Part shown: positions 38,124-47,194 of the stretch, one piece after another
Numbering within the stretch: position 1 is the stretch's first letter
Layout of the letters: each line of letters begins with the position of its first letter
NCBI GenBank assembly: GCA_002727675.1
Contig: PBXQ01000057.1
Span: forward strand, 1-56,141
Length of the DNA: 56,141 nucleotides
Source of the DNA: Thermoplasmata archaeon
GTDB taxonomy: Archaea; Thermoplasmatota; Poseidoniia; Poseidoniales; Thalassarchaeaceae
Direction: 5' to 3'
Translations under genes and position numbers: made by a program
The notes under the pieces: generated by a model
Databases searched by the model: none
Seen by the model: only the letters and a program-made list of their open reading frames with translations
What the model was told of the DNA's origin: nothing

Positions 38124-40718
38124 ATGAGTGAAGAGGGTGACAATGAGCGTACCCTCAAACTTACAGCGTTCTTTGAGAAGGGTTCTCCTGCGATTTTATT
38201 TAGTGCATTAGTGATTACAATAATTTTTGGAATGTTATTATTTCCATTCCCCTCTTTCAATACTGATTTGAATTCATTTGCACCAGAAGGGCCTAATGAT
38301 GAAGCAGAAGAAAGGATTGAATCTGTTTTTGGTGAAGAAAGAAAGCCATTATTTGTTAATGTTGAAAGAACTGATGGAGGGAATGTGCTTTCAATTGCTT
38401 CACTTCAACAGCAACAGCAAGACCTTAATTTAATTCTCTCATGGGCCGATGACAACGGTCACCTAATTTCAGAATATATTGCGATTCCTGATTTGATTCA
38501 AAGGGGGTTAGATGAATCTTCACCCGGTCAAAATCTTACTGATGCTACATCTTGGGGGCAATTACTCAATGATACTCTAGATCAGGGCCAATCATGTGTT
38601 GATGGTACAAATGACAGGGAATTAGTTGTTCTAGCCAGTTTTGGCAGAGACGCTTTGTTGAACAAGGACTTGGAATTTGAGGATACTACATGTCGTTGGT
38701 TAGATAATAACCGATCAACAGGTAGCGCCTCGCCGTCTGCCTCAAGCAATTTGTGGGTTCTATACATTCGTTCAGATTTAGATGATGAATCAAGGCAGAA
38801 TATGGTTAATCTTCTAAGATTAGAGTTTAATCAAGCAGGGGGAGGGGTCATAGAATATGGGTTAGTTTCTGATGATGTAATTAGTTACGACATCAATCAA
38901 GGAGCTACAGAGAATTTAGTTTGGTTAATTGTGGGGGCTCTCGTCGTTGTGGTAATCATATTAGCAATTGCTTTTCGTTCAATTAGAGGGGTATTATTTC
39001 CATTATCTGCATTATCCATGGCTTTAGTATGGACATACGGGGCTTTAGCTGGCGTGACATCTTCTTTTTCAGTATTGCATGTTGCTGTTGCTCCTGTAGT
39101 TCTTGGTTTAGGAATCGATTATTCAATTCACCTGCAAAGAGCATATGAGAAAAAGAGAACAGAGGGGGTTGATACTCCTAAAGCATGGGCTTTGGCCCTT
39201 AATGAACTATACATGGCACTTACTCTTACTGTAATAACAACAGTTGCAGCATTTTTATCTAATGTAGTTTCACCATTGCCTCCAGTCCGTGATTTTGGAA
39301 TTGCTTTAGCTTTTGGAGTTGTTTCAGCATATATAACCTCTACAATAGTGGTTGGTGCTATGCATGTCATGATGGAAAGAGGGGGTAATCGTTTAATGCC
39401 TGAAAGTCATTGGGAGAGGCTGAAAAATACAGCAAGAGAAGTTGTAATTACTCAAAGGAAAGTTCAGGCGTTCGCATTAATCCTGGTTTTTGTTTTGACT
39501 GTAGGGAGTGTTGCAATTGCGGCAGCAAAGTTAGAAACAGAGTTTGATCTTAGTGATTTTCTAGATGACGAAATGGTTGTAATGGGGGTTAGGGATGATA
39601 TTTATGATTCTTATGAGGCAACAGGTTGGCGGCCATTATACATTCTTTCTGAACCGTTGGATGGTGAAAATAACATCGTAGACGATTCTGATTTTATAGA
39701 TGCAAATAATCAATTTAATAACAGGTTAGAATTAGCTCCTAGAGTTGTAATTCATCGTTCTGTTGGCGAAGGTGAGGCGATGATAGAATCACTACACACT
39801 GTGTTGGTAGATGCGATTGTCGAGGATCCTAATTTTGGTTCAAGGTATGGCATGAAAGTCATTGGGAGTGACATTGTTCTTGAAAATTATTCTACTGGTG
39901 GCTTAGTAAGTGCATTGCATGAATTGTCTGAAAATGATAGCGTAGGGGATTATCTTACTGGGATTTCCTGGGCTGATAGGGTTCGTAATGTGGCTTATCT
40001 TTCATATGATGATGAGATTGGCTGTTCTAGTGGCTGTCTTGTAAACATGCGTACAGAAATTATGGTTCAAGTTTCTACAAATAGTGATTCTTTGGAAGCA
40101 GTAGAAGGATTGCAAAATGCAATTGAGCAATCTTCTGGCAAATATGGAGTTCAGGCAAATATGTATGTTTCAGGTGAGTCGGTTAGGCTTAATTTAGTAT
40201 TAAATGGCTTAACCACATCTCAGTTAGAATCAACTGCAATAAGTTTAGTTGTTTCTACACTTGTATTAATAGTATTAACAAGGAGACTTGGTCCGGCAGT
40301 AATTGTTGTAACTCCAGTAGCAATTGCTGCAATTTGGGTAGTGGGTTCTATGGCTTTACTAAATCTAAATTGGAATGTATTAACAGTAATGGTAACCGCT
40401 CTTACAATAGGTTTAGGGATTGATTATTCTATCCATGTTTGGAGAAAATATGATTCACTTAAGGGTAAATATGATCCTTGGGAGTCAATTAAAGAAATGC
40501 ATGCTACTACGGGTGCTGCTCTAGTTCTATCAGCAGGAACTACAATTTGTGGATTTTTAGTTTTAACAATGTCTCCAATGCCTGTAGTTCAAGATTTTGG
40601 AATTGTGACTTCAATCACCGTTTTCTTTTCACTTGTGCTTGCACTAGGATTAATGCCAATATTACTCGCTGCAGATAGTATGAGGGAAAATGGTAATAAT
40701 AATTCAAAAATTGACTAA
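38124..40718 (+). CDS. Second RND/MMPL family transporter
   Basis: GLGIDYSIHL and GLGIDYSIHV; two-fold TM repeat; start taken at ATG 38124. Confidence 0.9.
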   Translation: MSEEGDNERTLKLTAFFEKGSPAILFSALVITIIFGMLLFPFPSFNTDLNSFAPEGPNDEAEERIESVFGEERKPLFVNVERTDGGNVLSIASLQQQQQDLNLILSWADDNGHLISEYIAIPDLIQRGLDESSPGQNLTDATSWGQLLNDTLDQGQSCVDGTNDRELVVLASFGRDALLNKDLEFEDTTCRWLDNNRSTGSASPSASSNLWVLYIRSDLDDESRQNMVNLLRLEFNQAGGGVIEYGLVSDDVISYDINQGATENLVWLIVGALVVVVIILAIAFRSIRGVLFPLSALSMALVWTYGALAGVTSSFSVLHVAVAPVVLGLGIDYSIHLQRAYEKKRTEGVDTPKAWALALNELYMALTLTVITTVAAFLSNVVSPLPPVRDFGIALAFGVVSAYITSTIVVGAMHVMMERGGNRLMPESHWERLKNTAREVVITQRKVQAFALILVFVLTVGSVAIAAAKLETEFDLSDFLDDEMVVMGVRDDIYDSYEATGWRPLYILSEPLDGENNIVDDSDFIDANNQFNNRLELAPRVVIHRSVGEGEAMIESLHTVLVDAIVEDPNFGSRYGMKVIGSDIVLENYSTGGLVSALHELSENDSVGDYLTGISWADRVRNVAYLSYDDEIGCSSGCLVNMRTEIMVQVSTNSDSLEAVEGLQNAIEQSSGKYGVQANMYVSGESVRLNLVLNGLTTSQLESTAISLVVSTLVLIVLTRRLGPAVIVVTPVAIAAIWVVGSMALLNLNWNVLTVMVTALTIGLGIDYSIHVWRKYDSLKGKYDPWESIKEMHATTGAALVLSAGTTICGFLVLTMSPMPVVQDFGIVTSITVFFSLVLALGLMPILLAADSMRENGNNNSKID

Positions 40719-40721
40719 TTT

Positions 40722-41333
40722 TCAATTCTTTTCGACTATTTTTTTAATGTCCAAACCCAATTCTTTAGCAACTAAAAATAGCGACATCCATATTGTGACA
40801 AAGCCAAGTGTTTTCCTCTTTCTTTGAGCCCTTTTCATGATTTCTTGTTTGGGCATTTTTGCCTGTTTAGAAATCATAATCAATAAAGCAGGGACGTCGT
40901 AGGTTTCCTTTTCAGAAGGCTGTTCTATAGATTCATTGGCCTTTTCTTCAGTTACAACAAAATTGCCTTTAATCTCACCATCTTTGAATTCCTCAACAGC
41001 TTCATTTTCATCAGATTTGAATAAAGGAGGGTTATCTAATATTCTCTGTCTAGGGTACCATCCTAGTGGCACATTTACCCCTATTAAATTAGATTTGGTG
41101 GATAACCCAGTTTTCGATGATATTAGCCAACCTTTAGCAATTAGTTTGGATAATAAAACCTCAGAATCATTTGGAGAAAGCCAACCTAAATCAAGACTCC
41201 AAGTTCTAGTAATTGAATTAGGATTTAAAGGCTCAGAACCCCATGTTCTCCAAGTAATAGCTAGAAGGCGCCGGATATCCTCTGCATCATCCCCTTCTCT
41301 GGCCACTTTATACACCAATCCTACGCTCACCAT
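40722..41333 (-). CDS. DUF2240 family protein
   Basis: SLDLGWLSP...GWL...PLGWYP and C-terminal LFLVAKELGLDI pattern. Confidence 0.75.
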   Translation of the reverse strand: MVSVGLVYKVAREGDDAEDIRRLLAITWRTWGSEPLNPNSITRTWSLDLGWLSPNDSEVLLSKLIAKGWLISSKTGLSTKSNLIGVNVPLGWYPRQRILDNPPLFKSDENEAVEEFKDGEIKGNFVVTEEKANESIEQPSEKETYDVPALLIMISKQAKMPKQEIMKRAQRKRKTLGFVTIWMSLFLVAKELGLDIKKIVEKN

Positions 41334-41892
41334 CTAGTATCCAACCTAAAATATTTTGATTGTTAGAAATAGGTACAGTATCTCCTTCTTCTGGAGCAAG
41401 TAACCAAGAAAAGTAATTTCTCAAATCTTTAGGTATTTTGTCAATTACAAAAGCCAAATCTCCCTTTCTTTTACTAATTATTAGTACTGAAGATGGTCCA
41501 AGATCTTTTACTTCATTTAGGCGTGGAAATAGGGTATCTGTTAGGTAAGTAAGTGATAAGTTACTAGGCAGTGTAATTGCTAATATTAGTTGTTCAGATA
41601 CAGCATGACAAAGTTCAATTTCATTATTTTTTGTAAAAATATCTATTGATACGCGATTGCATCCAAGCATCAATAAATCCATTACTTCTTTGTGAGATTT
41701 AGAATTACAATCTACTTGTACATCGCCATGATTTTCTATAAAATCTCTTAATTTATTGAGTGGAGTACGATATATTTCGTTGTTCCTGAATTCTATATGT
41801 AATGGGTGGGAATAGAGCCTATGGTCATTAAAATTAATTGGTCCAGGCCAAAGTCCCGAATCGCTCCATACGAAACGGGCCCATTGTTGCAT
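41308..41892 (-). CDS. Divergent HisA/HisF-related barrel-like protein
   Basis: DVQVDCNSKSHKEVMDLLMLGCNRVSID resembles the HisA QVGGGIR..EDV..LL..GA.RV pattern, but the glycine-rich phosphate loops are missing. Confidence 0.5.
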   Translation of the reverse strand: MQQWARFVWSDSGLWPGPINFNDHRLYSHPLHIEFRNNEIYRTPLNKLRDFIENHGDVQVDCNSKSHKEVMDLLMLGCNRVSIDIFTKNNEIELCHAVSEQLILAITLPSNLSLTYLTDTLFPRLNEVKDLGPSSVLIISKRKGDLAFVIDKIPKDLRNYFSWLLAPEEGDTVPISNNQNILGWILDGERRIGV

Positions 41893-42027
41893 AACATCGC
41901 CCAGTCACTAATAGTGCATGAATTATGTGGGCCTTTGATAGTAACATCAAAGCGCAAGTCACTTCTGCGCGCATTAAGGCAGGATACTGAATGACTAAAA
42001 TAAGGTGACCGGTATGAGGTTGATTAG

Positions 42028-43311
42028 ATGAAAGAATATATTGCCCGTGACCCAAAAACGGGGATGCCTCTTGCATTTGGTAAAAATTCTAATTATAGGT
42101 TCATTGATGACGCATACCGAGCACCAAATGGGTATTGGGATGCAATTAAGAATTACGATATCATTCCTTTGTGTAATGGGGAGATTCAAGCATTAGAAGT
42201 AAGGTGGAAGGAAACACCCCAGTTAATTACTAGAACAGATGCAATCCGCGCATTGCCTAGAATAATGAGAGAAAACCCCATAGGTGCACATAAGGAGCTA
42301 ATTTCAGCATTATCTGACATAAAGCCTGAAATTAGAATTTCAGGTTTATTTTCATTACCTTATGTGGCTTTAGTAGAAACGGATGAATTATTTGAGCATC
42401 TTCATGAATTATTGGATGATGTTGATACGGGAGTAAGAATGGCAGCTTCAAAATGTTTGGAAATAGTAGCGCCCGTGTTCCCTTCTGTAACTGAAGATAC
42501 GTTGTTTAGGGAATTACAATCCTCAGTTGCAATTCGTCGGAAACATGCATATAAAGCACTTAAATCGATGTGTCAAGTTTGGCCTGAGGTAGTAGTGAAT
42601 CATTTGGATGATTTACTCCGTTCAGAGGATCATAGGTTGAGGTTAGAGGCTGCAAAGATTCTCCCTCCATTGGCTAGGACGAAATCAGCTTCTGTTTGGG
42701 ATTTGATTGGTTGGTCTTTGGGGGATGAATCAGAAATGGTAAGAGCACAGGCAGCTAGAACATTACCAACATTGGCTAACATTCAGCCTAGGATGGCCAA
42801 GATATTGGTTGAGAACTCATTATTTGATACTAATGAGCAGGTCAGGAAATCAGCTCTTAAAGCCCTCAAATCTATGGATGTTAGTGGATTTAGGATGAAT
42901 CGTTTGTGTATTGATGGTGCGAGACATAGTGATCCGGAGATTCGTAGAGCTTGCATATTAATGATGCCTAGATTATTTACCGAATCTGAATTAAGAATTC
43001 AAGCAGTTGAACTATTAAGGATGGAAACCAAGCCCGATTTAATCTCATTATTGGAGGAATTTTCAATTGATCCTGAAATTGATGGTGGCGAAGATGAAAA
43101 GAATCGGTTTTTAGCAGCAGTCCCCCAAGCTACAAATGCGGATGGCACTCCTATTTTACCTCCTTTAGATGATAAACCTACTATTCAATTACCTAAGCCT
43201 AAAGATGAAGTGAAAAAACCTTCTCGTTTGCTTAATCAACCACGACGTCCCACACAAGATGAAATATTCTATGGTGATGATTTTGATGATGGCACGGATG
43301 GCTTAGCATGA
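42028..43311 (+). CDS. HEAT-repeat protein with a Pro-rich, acidic C-terminal tail
   Basis: Repeats LDDVDTGVRMAA, LRSEDHRLRLEAA, LGDESEMVRAQAA, LFDTNEQVRKSA, HSDPEIRRAC. Confidence 0.88.
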   Translation: MKEYIARDPKTGMPLAFGKNSNYRFIDDAYRAPNGYWDAIKNYDIIPLCNGEIQALEVRWKETPQLITRTDAIRALPRIMRENPIGAHKELISALSDIKPEIRISGLFSLPYVALVETDELFEHLHELLDDVDTGVRMAASKCLEIVAPVFPSVTEDTLFRELQSSVAIRRKHAYKALKSMCQVWPEVVVNHLDDLLRSEDHRLRLEAAKILPPLARTKSASVWDLIGWSLGDESEMVRAQAARTLPTLANIQPRMAKILVENSLFDTNEQVRKSALKALKSMDVSGFRMNRLCIDGARHSDPEIRRACILMMPRLFTESELRIQAVELLRMETKPDLISLLEEFSIDPEIDGGEDEKNRFLAAVPQATNADGTPILPPLDDKPTIQLPKPKDEVKKPSRLLNQPRRPTQDEIFYGDDFDDGTDGLA

Positions 43312-43384
43312 GTATATTTCTCCCCGTAGGGGAGTCGGTACGGTTAAAGAGGGACGTCAGGTGGGGCGGTCGCTGAGTGATATC

Positions 43385-43669
43385 ATGAGTGCAAAATCCG
43401 GTGATTGGAAAGCGGAACAGTTTGAGAGATTGTGGTATGGGAGAAGCGCAAAAGGTGAAAATCCGGTCAAGGCTGCTAAATTTCGCCAATACATGAGGGA
43501 GCATGTACGCCAAAAAGTTCCTGACATCAAATCAGTTAACCGCCGCAGAGAAAGTAAAGAAGGCGGCGGGGTACATATGGATGAGAATAGATTTTTCACC
43601 AAAGAATACTGTAGGAAGTATTGGATGGGCGAGTTACAAGAAGAGATTCGTGAAGCTGAGTCCTATTGA
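43385..43669 (+). CDS. Hypothetical basic protein (~94 aa)
   Basis: ORF track 43361 (GTG); ATG 43385 is more likely; co-oriented between HEAT and DEAD genes. Confidence 0.7.
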   Translation: MSAKSGDWKAEQFERLWYGRSAKGENPVKAAKFRQYMREHVRQKVPDIKSVNRRRESKEGGGVHMDENRFFTKEYCRKYWMGELQEEIREAESY

Positions 43670-43685
43670 TAGGACAGGTGAATGA

Positions 43686-45122
43686 ATGTCTAGCAAATCT
43701 GCTCTTTCGTCAGTCAAATTTGAATCATGGGGTCTTGATTCAGAAATTAATACATCCTTGTCTAAGAAAGGCTGGGTTCATGCTACTAAAATCCAGGCAG
43801 ACGCCATTCCTTTAGCACGTAAAGGGTTGAATGTTGTAGGTCAGGCAAAAACTGGTTCAGGAAAAACTGCAGCTTTTGGGATTCCTTGTATAGAATCAAC
43901 TGAACCTAATGGTGTTAGCCAGGTGATAATTATAACCCCGACGAGGGAATTAGCCCAACAAGTATCAGAGGAACTTCAATGGCTGCAGGGAGATAAAGGT
44001 TTGAAAATAGAAACAGTTTATGGGGGGACTGATATAGAAAAGCAAGCCAAAAAATTAGATTCAGGTGTAGAAATAATTGTTGGAACCCCTGGGCGTATAA
44101 TTGATATGTCAAAAAGGGGGCATATAAAATTAAATTGTATATCAGTACTATGTTTAGATGAAGCCGATAGAATGTTAGACATGGGATTCTTTCCTGATAT
44201 TATTTGGCTTCTAGAAAAAATGGATAATCGTAAACAAACAATGTTATTCAGTGCAACATTCCCTCAAGAAGTACTAGATGCTGCAAACACATTTCTTTCC
44301 GATGCTGAACATGTGATGAGTGATGATTTGGATGTAGATATTCCTGAGATTAATCAGCAATATATTGCTGTTGGTAGGTCAAATAAGTTGTGGGCGTTAG
44401 GAAGAATACTAGTTGTGATGGGTGAAGATGACCAAATGATGGTTTTTACTAATACTAAAAGGATGGTGGATCTTTTAGTTCAAAGATTAAATAAATTCAG
44501 ATTCAAAGCCGTTGGTTTACATGGCGATATGCCTCAAAAAAAGAGAGAAAATATAATTTCTTCATTCAAGGAAAGGACTGAGAGTGTACTAGTTTGTACT
44601 GATGTTGCAGCAAGAGGAATTGACGTTGATGGTGTAACAATAGTTGTAAATTATGATCTGCCAGATGATGTTGAAAGTTACGTCCATAGAATTGGCCGCA
44701 CTGGTAGAATGGGGCGTAAAGGCGAAGCATGGTCATTTGTTGGTAGTGAAGATAAATCTCAATTAATGAAGATATCATCTACTTGGAATCTAGAAATTCT
44801 TGAAGTACCACCTCCGGACCTTCCTGATGGGATGACTAAGGATCCCGTAAATCGCCAACAAGATTGGTCTGAAATTGCTAATAATTTTGGAATGGTTCCC
44901 GTATTATTATCAATTGGGAGAACAGATGGTGTGACAAATCACAATATCACCGATTGGTTATCAAAAGAAGCCAAATTGAATCAACTTGCAATTGGTGAGG
45001 TTATAATTGATGATGCTACAAGTGAAGTAGAGATCCACTTAGATAAAGTTGAATCAGCCATAAAAGTAATGTCCAACCGAAAGTGGAATGGTAATAGTGT
45101 GAATCTAGAGATAAGAAAATAG
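43686..45122 (+). CDS. DEAD-box RNA helicase with C-terminal DbpA-like RNA-binding domain
   Basis: Q motif, AKTGSGKT, PTRELA, LDEADRMLDMGF, SAT, TDVAARGID, HRIGRTGR. Confidence 0.96.
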   Translation: MSSKSALSSVKFESWGLDSEINTSLSKKGWVHATKIQADAIPLARKGLNVVGQAKTGSGKTAAFGIPCIESTEPNGVSQVIIITPTRELAQQVSEELQWLQGDKGLKIETVYGGTDIEKQAKKLDSGVEIIVGTPGRIIDMSKRGHIKLNCISVLCLDEADRMLDMGFFPDIIWLLEKMDNRKQTMLFSATFPQEVLDAANTFLSDAEHVMSDDLDVDIPEINQQYIAVGRSNKLWALGRILVVMGEDDQMMVFTNTKRMVDLLVQRLNKFRFKAVGLHGDMPQKKRENIISSFKERTESVLVCTDVAARGIDVDGVTIVVNYDLPDDVESYVHRIGRTGRMGRKGEAWSFVGSEDKSQLMKISSTWNLEILEVPPPDLPDGMTKDPVNRQQDWSEIANNFGMVPVLLSIGRTDGVTNHNITDWLSKEAKLNQLAIGEVIIDDATSEVEIHLDKVESAIKVMSNRKWNGNSVNLEIRK

Positions 45123-45127
45123 AGAAT

Positions 45128-46060
45128 TTATTCTTCTTCATCTGTAATATTTCCCCAATCAAATTTGGTAATTACAAATGCCGTTGTTACGCTACTAACA
45201 AATAGTGTTCTCCATGCTTTTCCTGATATATCGTTCCATTCCTTTATTTCAATAGCGCATTTAGCAGAAATAATGCCATCACATCCATCAGATTCAATTT
45301 TTTCCTGCTTTGCCTGAGAATCGAAACCCAAAGTGTGGATAGCAGATGAAGATATTATGGCTATAATTATCAAAATAATAATAGATGCATTGCTAAGTTT
45401 TTTCTTAAAAAATATTTGTTTGGGGAATGGAAATAGTGATTTTAAATCTAGATTTCTAGTTTTTTCAGGCCCGCCAACAAAAATGAACCATGTAGTCCAT
45501 CCTAATATAATTAATAGCATAAATCCTGTTTGAAGCATGAATTCGTGAAATTCCCACATAGGGGACCAGCAACCATAATTGTTAGGGGAATCAACACAAC
45601 CATTAACAGCTAAAGGATACAATACTAGTAGGCGTACAATATTTAGTAATGCTAATACTAAAGCCATGGCTGTAATTCCACGAATTTTGAGATTTTTTGC
45701 TACACCTGGTGTCATCCAAATCATAAATGAAACAAATGCAATTTCATGAATTCCAACACATTCGTCGGAAACCCATAATGAATTAATATCACTACCTTCG
45801 AATGAAGGGTGATTGAAAATTAGGACTGTGTCTAATCCATTCTTTGATGCTAGAGTTACACTATCAGGTCCGAAAATTAAAGAATGAAGATTATACCAAA
45901 TTAGTGTAATTAATTCTTGATATAAGGAAAATGTGTCATCGGGTTGGGTTAGCCAACGATAGAATAGTTCGGCACCAATCAATAAAGCAACTACTGAGAA
46001 AATGATTTTGATTTTAGTGGCTATTTCCTCCCAGGAAACATCACCCGGCCGCTGCTCCAT
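45128..46060 (-). CDS. Archaeosortase/exosortase family transpeptidase with C-terminal extension
   Basis: Multi-TM protein with the Cys-Arg-His triad pattern: SDECVG, LNIVRL, WEFHE. Confidence 0.8.
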   Translation of the reverse strand: MEQRPGDVSWEEIATKIKIIFSVVALLIGAELFYRWLTQPDDTFSLYQELITLIWYNLHSLIFGPDSVTLASKNGLDTVLIFNHPSFEGSDINSLWVSDECVGIHEIAFVSFMIWMTPGVAKNLKIRGITAMALVLALLNIVRLLVLYPLAVNGCVDSPNNYGCWSPMWEFHEFMLQTGFMLLIILGWTTWFIFVGGPEKTRNLDLKSLFPFPKQIFFKKKLSNASIIILIIIAIISSSAIHTLGFDSQAKQEKIESDGCDGIISAKCAIEIKEWNDISGKAWRTLFVSSVTTAFVITKFDWGNITDEEE

Positions 46061-46146
46061 GTTCCTACGAAGTGTTATTGCATTTCAAAACCCCGTGCTT
46101 GAATGGGTTGAAAAGAGGGCTGTTTGTCGTAATAATAGGGGATGGG

Positions 46147-46362
46147 ATGCTTACTCTGAATTTACTCGGATATCATTGTCCAGTTCCAGTACACGAGACT
46201 CGTAAGGTTTTGGAAAATTTATCTCAGGGAGATATTATCCTAGTTATTGCTGATGATATTGAGACAAAGCATGATATCCCATTGCTTGTAGAGCGAATTG
46301 GAGCAAAATTACTGAGTGTGGATGAGATTGCAGGTGAGTTCCGATATATCATTGAAAAGTGA
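46147..46362 (+). CDS. Sulfurtransferase TusA/SirA family
   Basis: LNLLGYHCPVP, GDIILVIADD, DIP; start taken at ATG 46147. Confidence 0.88.
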   Translation: MLTLNLLGYHCPVPVHETRKVLENLSQGDIILVIADDIETKHDIPLLVERIGAKLLSVDEIAGEFRYIIEK

Positions 46363-47027
46363 GGGTTAATATGAATAATTCAGATGACACTGTTTTTGTT
46401 AGTGAATCAGTAGACATACCTGCTGATGCTAGGCTACCCACGCATTTTGGTGAATTTAGGATAAGGGTATTCCATGAGCAGAAAACAGGTTTGGATCATG
46501 TTGCGCTCACCATGGGTGATATGTTTGGACCGGACCCTGTGTTGCTTAGGATCCACTCCGAATGTTTGACAGGTGATGCTTTTGGCAGTCTAAGGTGTGA
46601 CTGTGGTCCCCAATTAAATAGGGCGATGTCATTAATTCAAGAAAAAGGGTGGGGTTGTATAATTTATCTTAGGCAAGAAGGTAGGGGTATAGGTTTGAGT
46701 GAGAAAATCAAGGCATATAATCTACAAGATGGTGGTGCAGATACTATGGATGCTAACTTAATTCTAGGCCACCCTCCCGACGCGCGTGATTATCTAATTG
46801 CTGCAGAGATATTAAAAAAAATAGGTATTAGTCATGTTTGTTTGTTGACAAACAATCCTGATAAGGTCAATCAGTTGAGACAAATGGACATTAATATTAT
46901 TGAACAAATGCCAATTATAGTAGGGGTTGGAGATGAAAATGTGGGTTATCTAGTTACTAAAGCCGAACGAATGGGCCATGCTATTGACTTGGCATCTCTA
47001 AAAGGAAAAACCAAATCAATTGATTGA
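46359..47027 (+). CDS. ribA: GTP cyclohydrolase II
   Basis: LPTHFGEF, RIHSECLTGDAFGSLRCDCG, YLRQEGRGIGL, LLTNNPDK, YLVTKAERMGH. Confidence 0.96.
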   Translation: MRVNMNNSDDTVFVSESVDIPADARLPTHFGEFRIRVFHEQKTGLDHVALTMGDMFGPDPVLLRIHSECLTGDAFGSLRCDCGPQLNRAMSLIQEKGWGCIIYLRQEGRGIGLSEKIKAYNLQDGGADTMDANLILGHPPDARDYLIAAEILKKIGISHVCLLTNNPDKVNQLRQMDINIIEQMPIIVGVGDENVGYLVTKAERMGHAIDLASLKGKTKSID

Positions 47028-47102
47028 GGGGCCGCGACCGGGAATTGAACCCGGGTTGGCGGATCCACAGTCCACCGTCATAACCTCTAGACCACCGCAG
47101 CC
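47028..47102 (-). tRNA. tRNA-His(GTG) with genome-encoded G-1
   Basis: Reverse complement G-GCTGCGG-TGGTCTAGAGGTTATGACG-GTGGA-CTGTGGA-TCCGC-CAAC-CCGGGTTCAATTCCCGG-TCGCGGC-C; abuts the ribA stop. Confidence 0.95.
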
Positions 47103-47194
47103 AACAGTTGAGCCTCCCACATACCCTCACCATATAACCATTCTATCGTACAATAATCCGACGGATTGAAGGTTAACCCCAACATGCGACAGTC

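Noticed and set aside
46072-46359. FMN riboswitch upstream of ribA
   Set aside because: The region is occupied by the TusA CDS, and no RFN consensus is visible
12736-47102. Integrated element or provirus bounded by tRNA genes
   Set aside because: No integrase, no duplicated tRNA 3' end seen, and the content is mostly housekeeping genes
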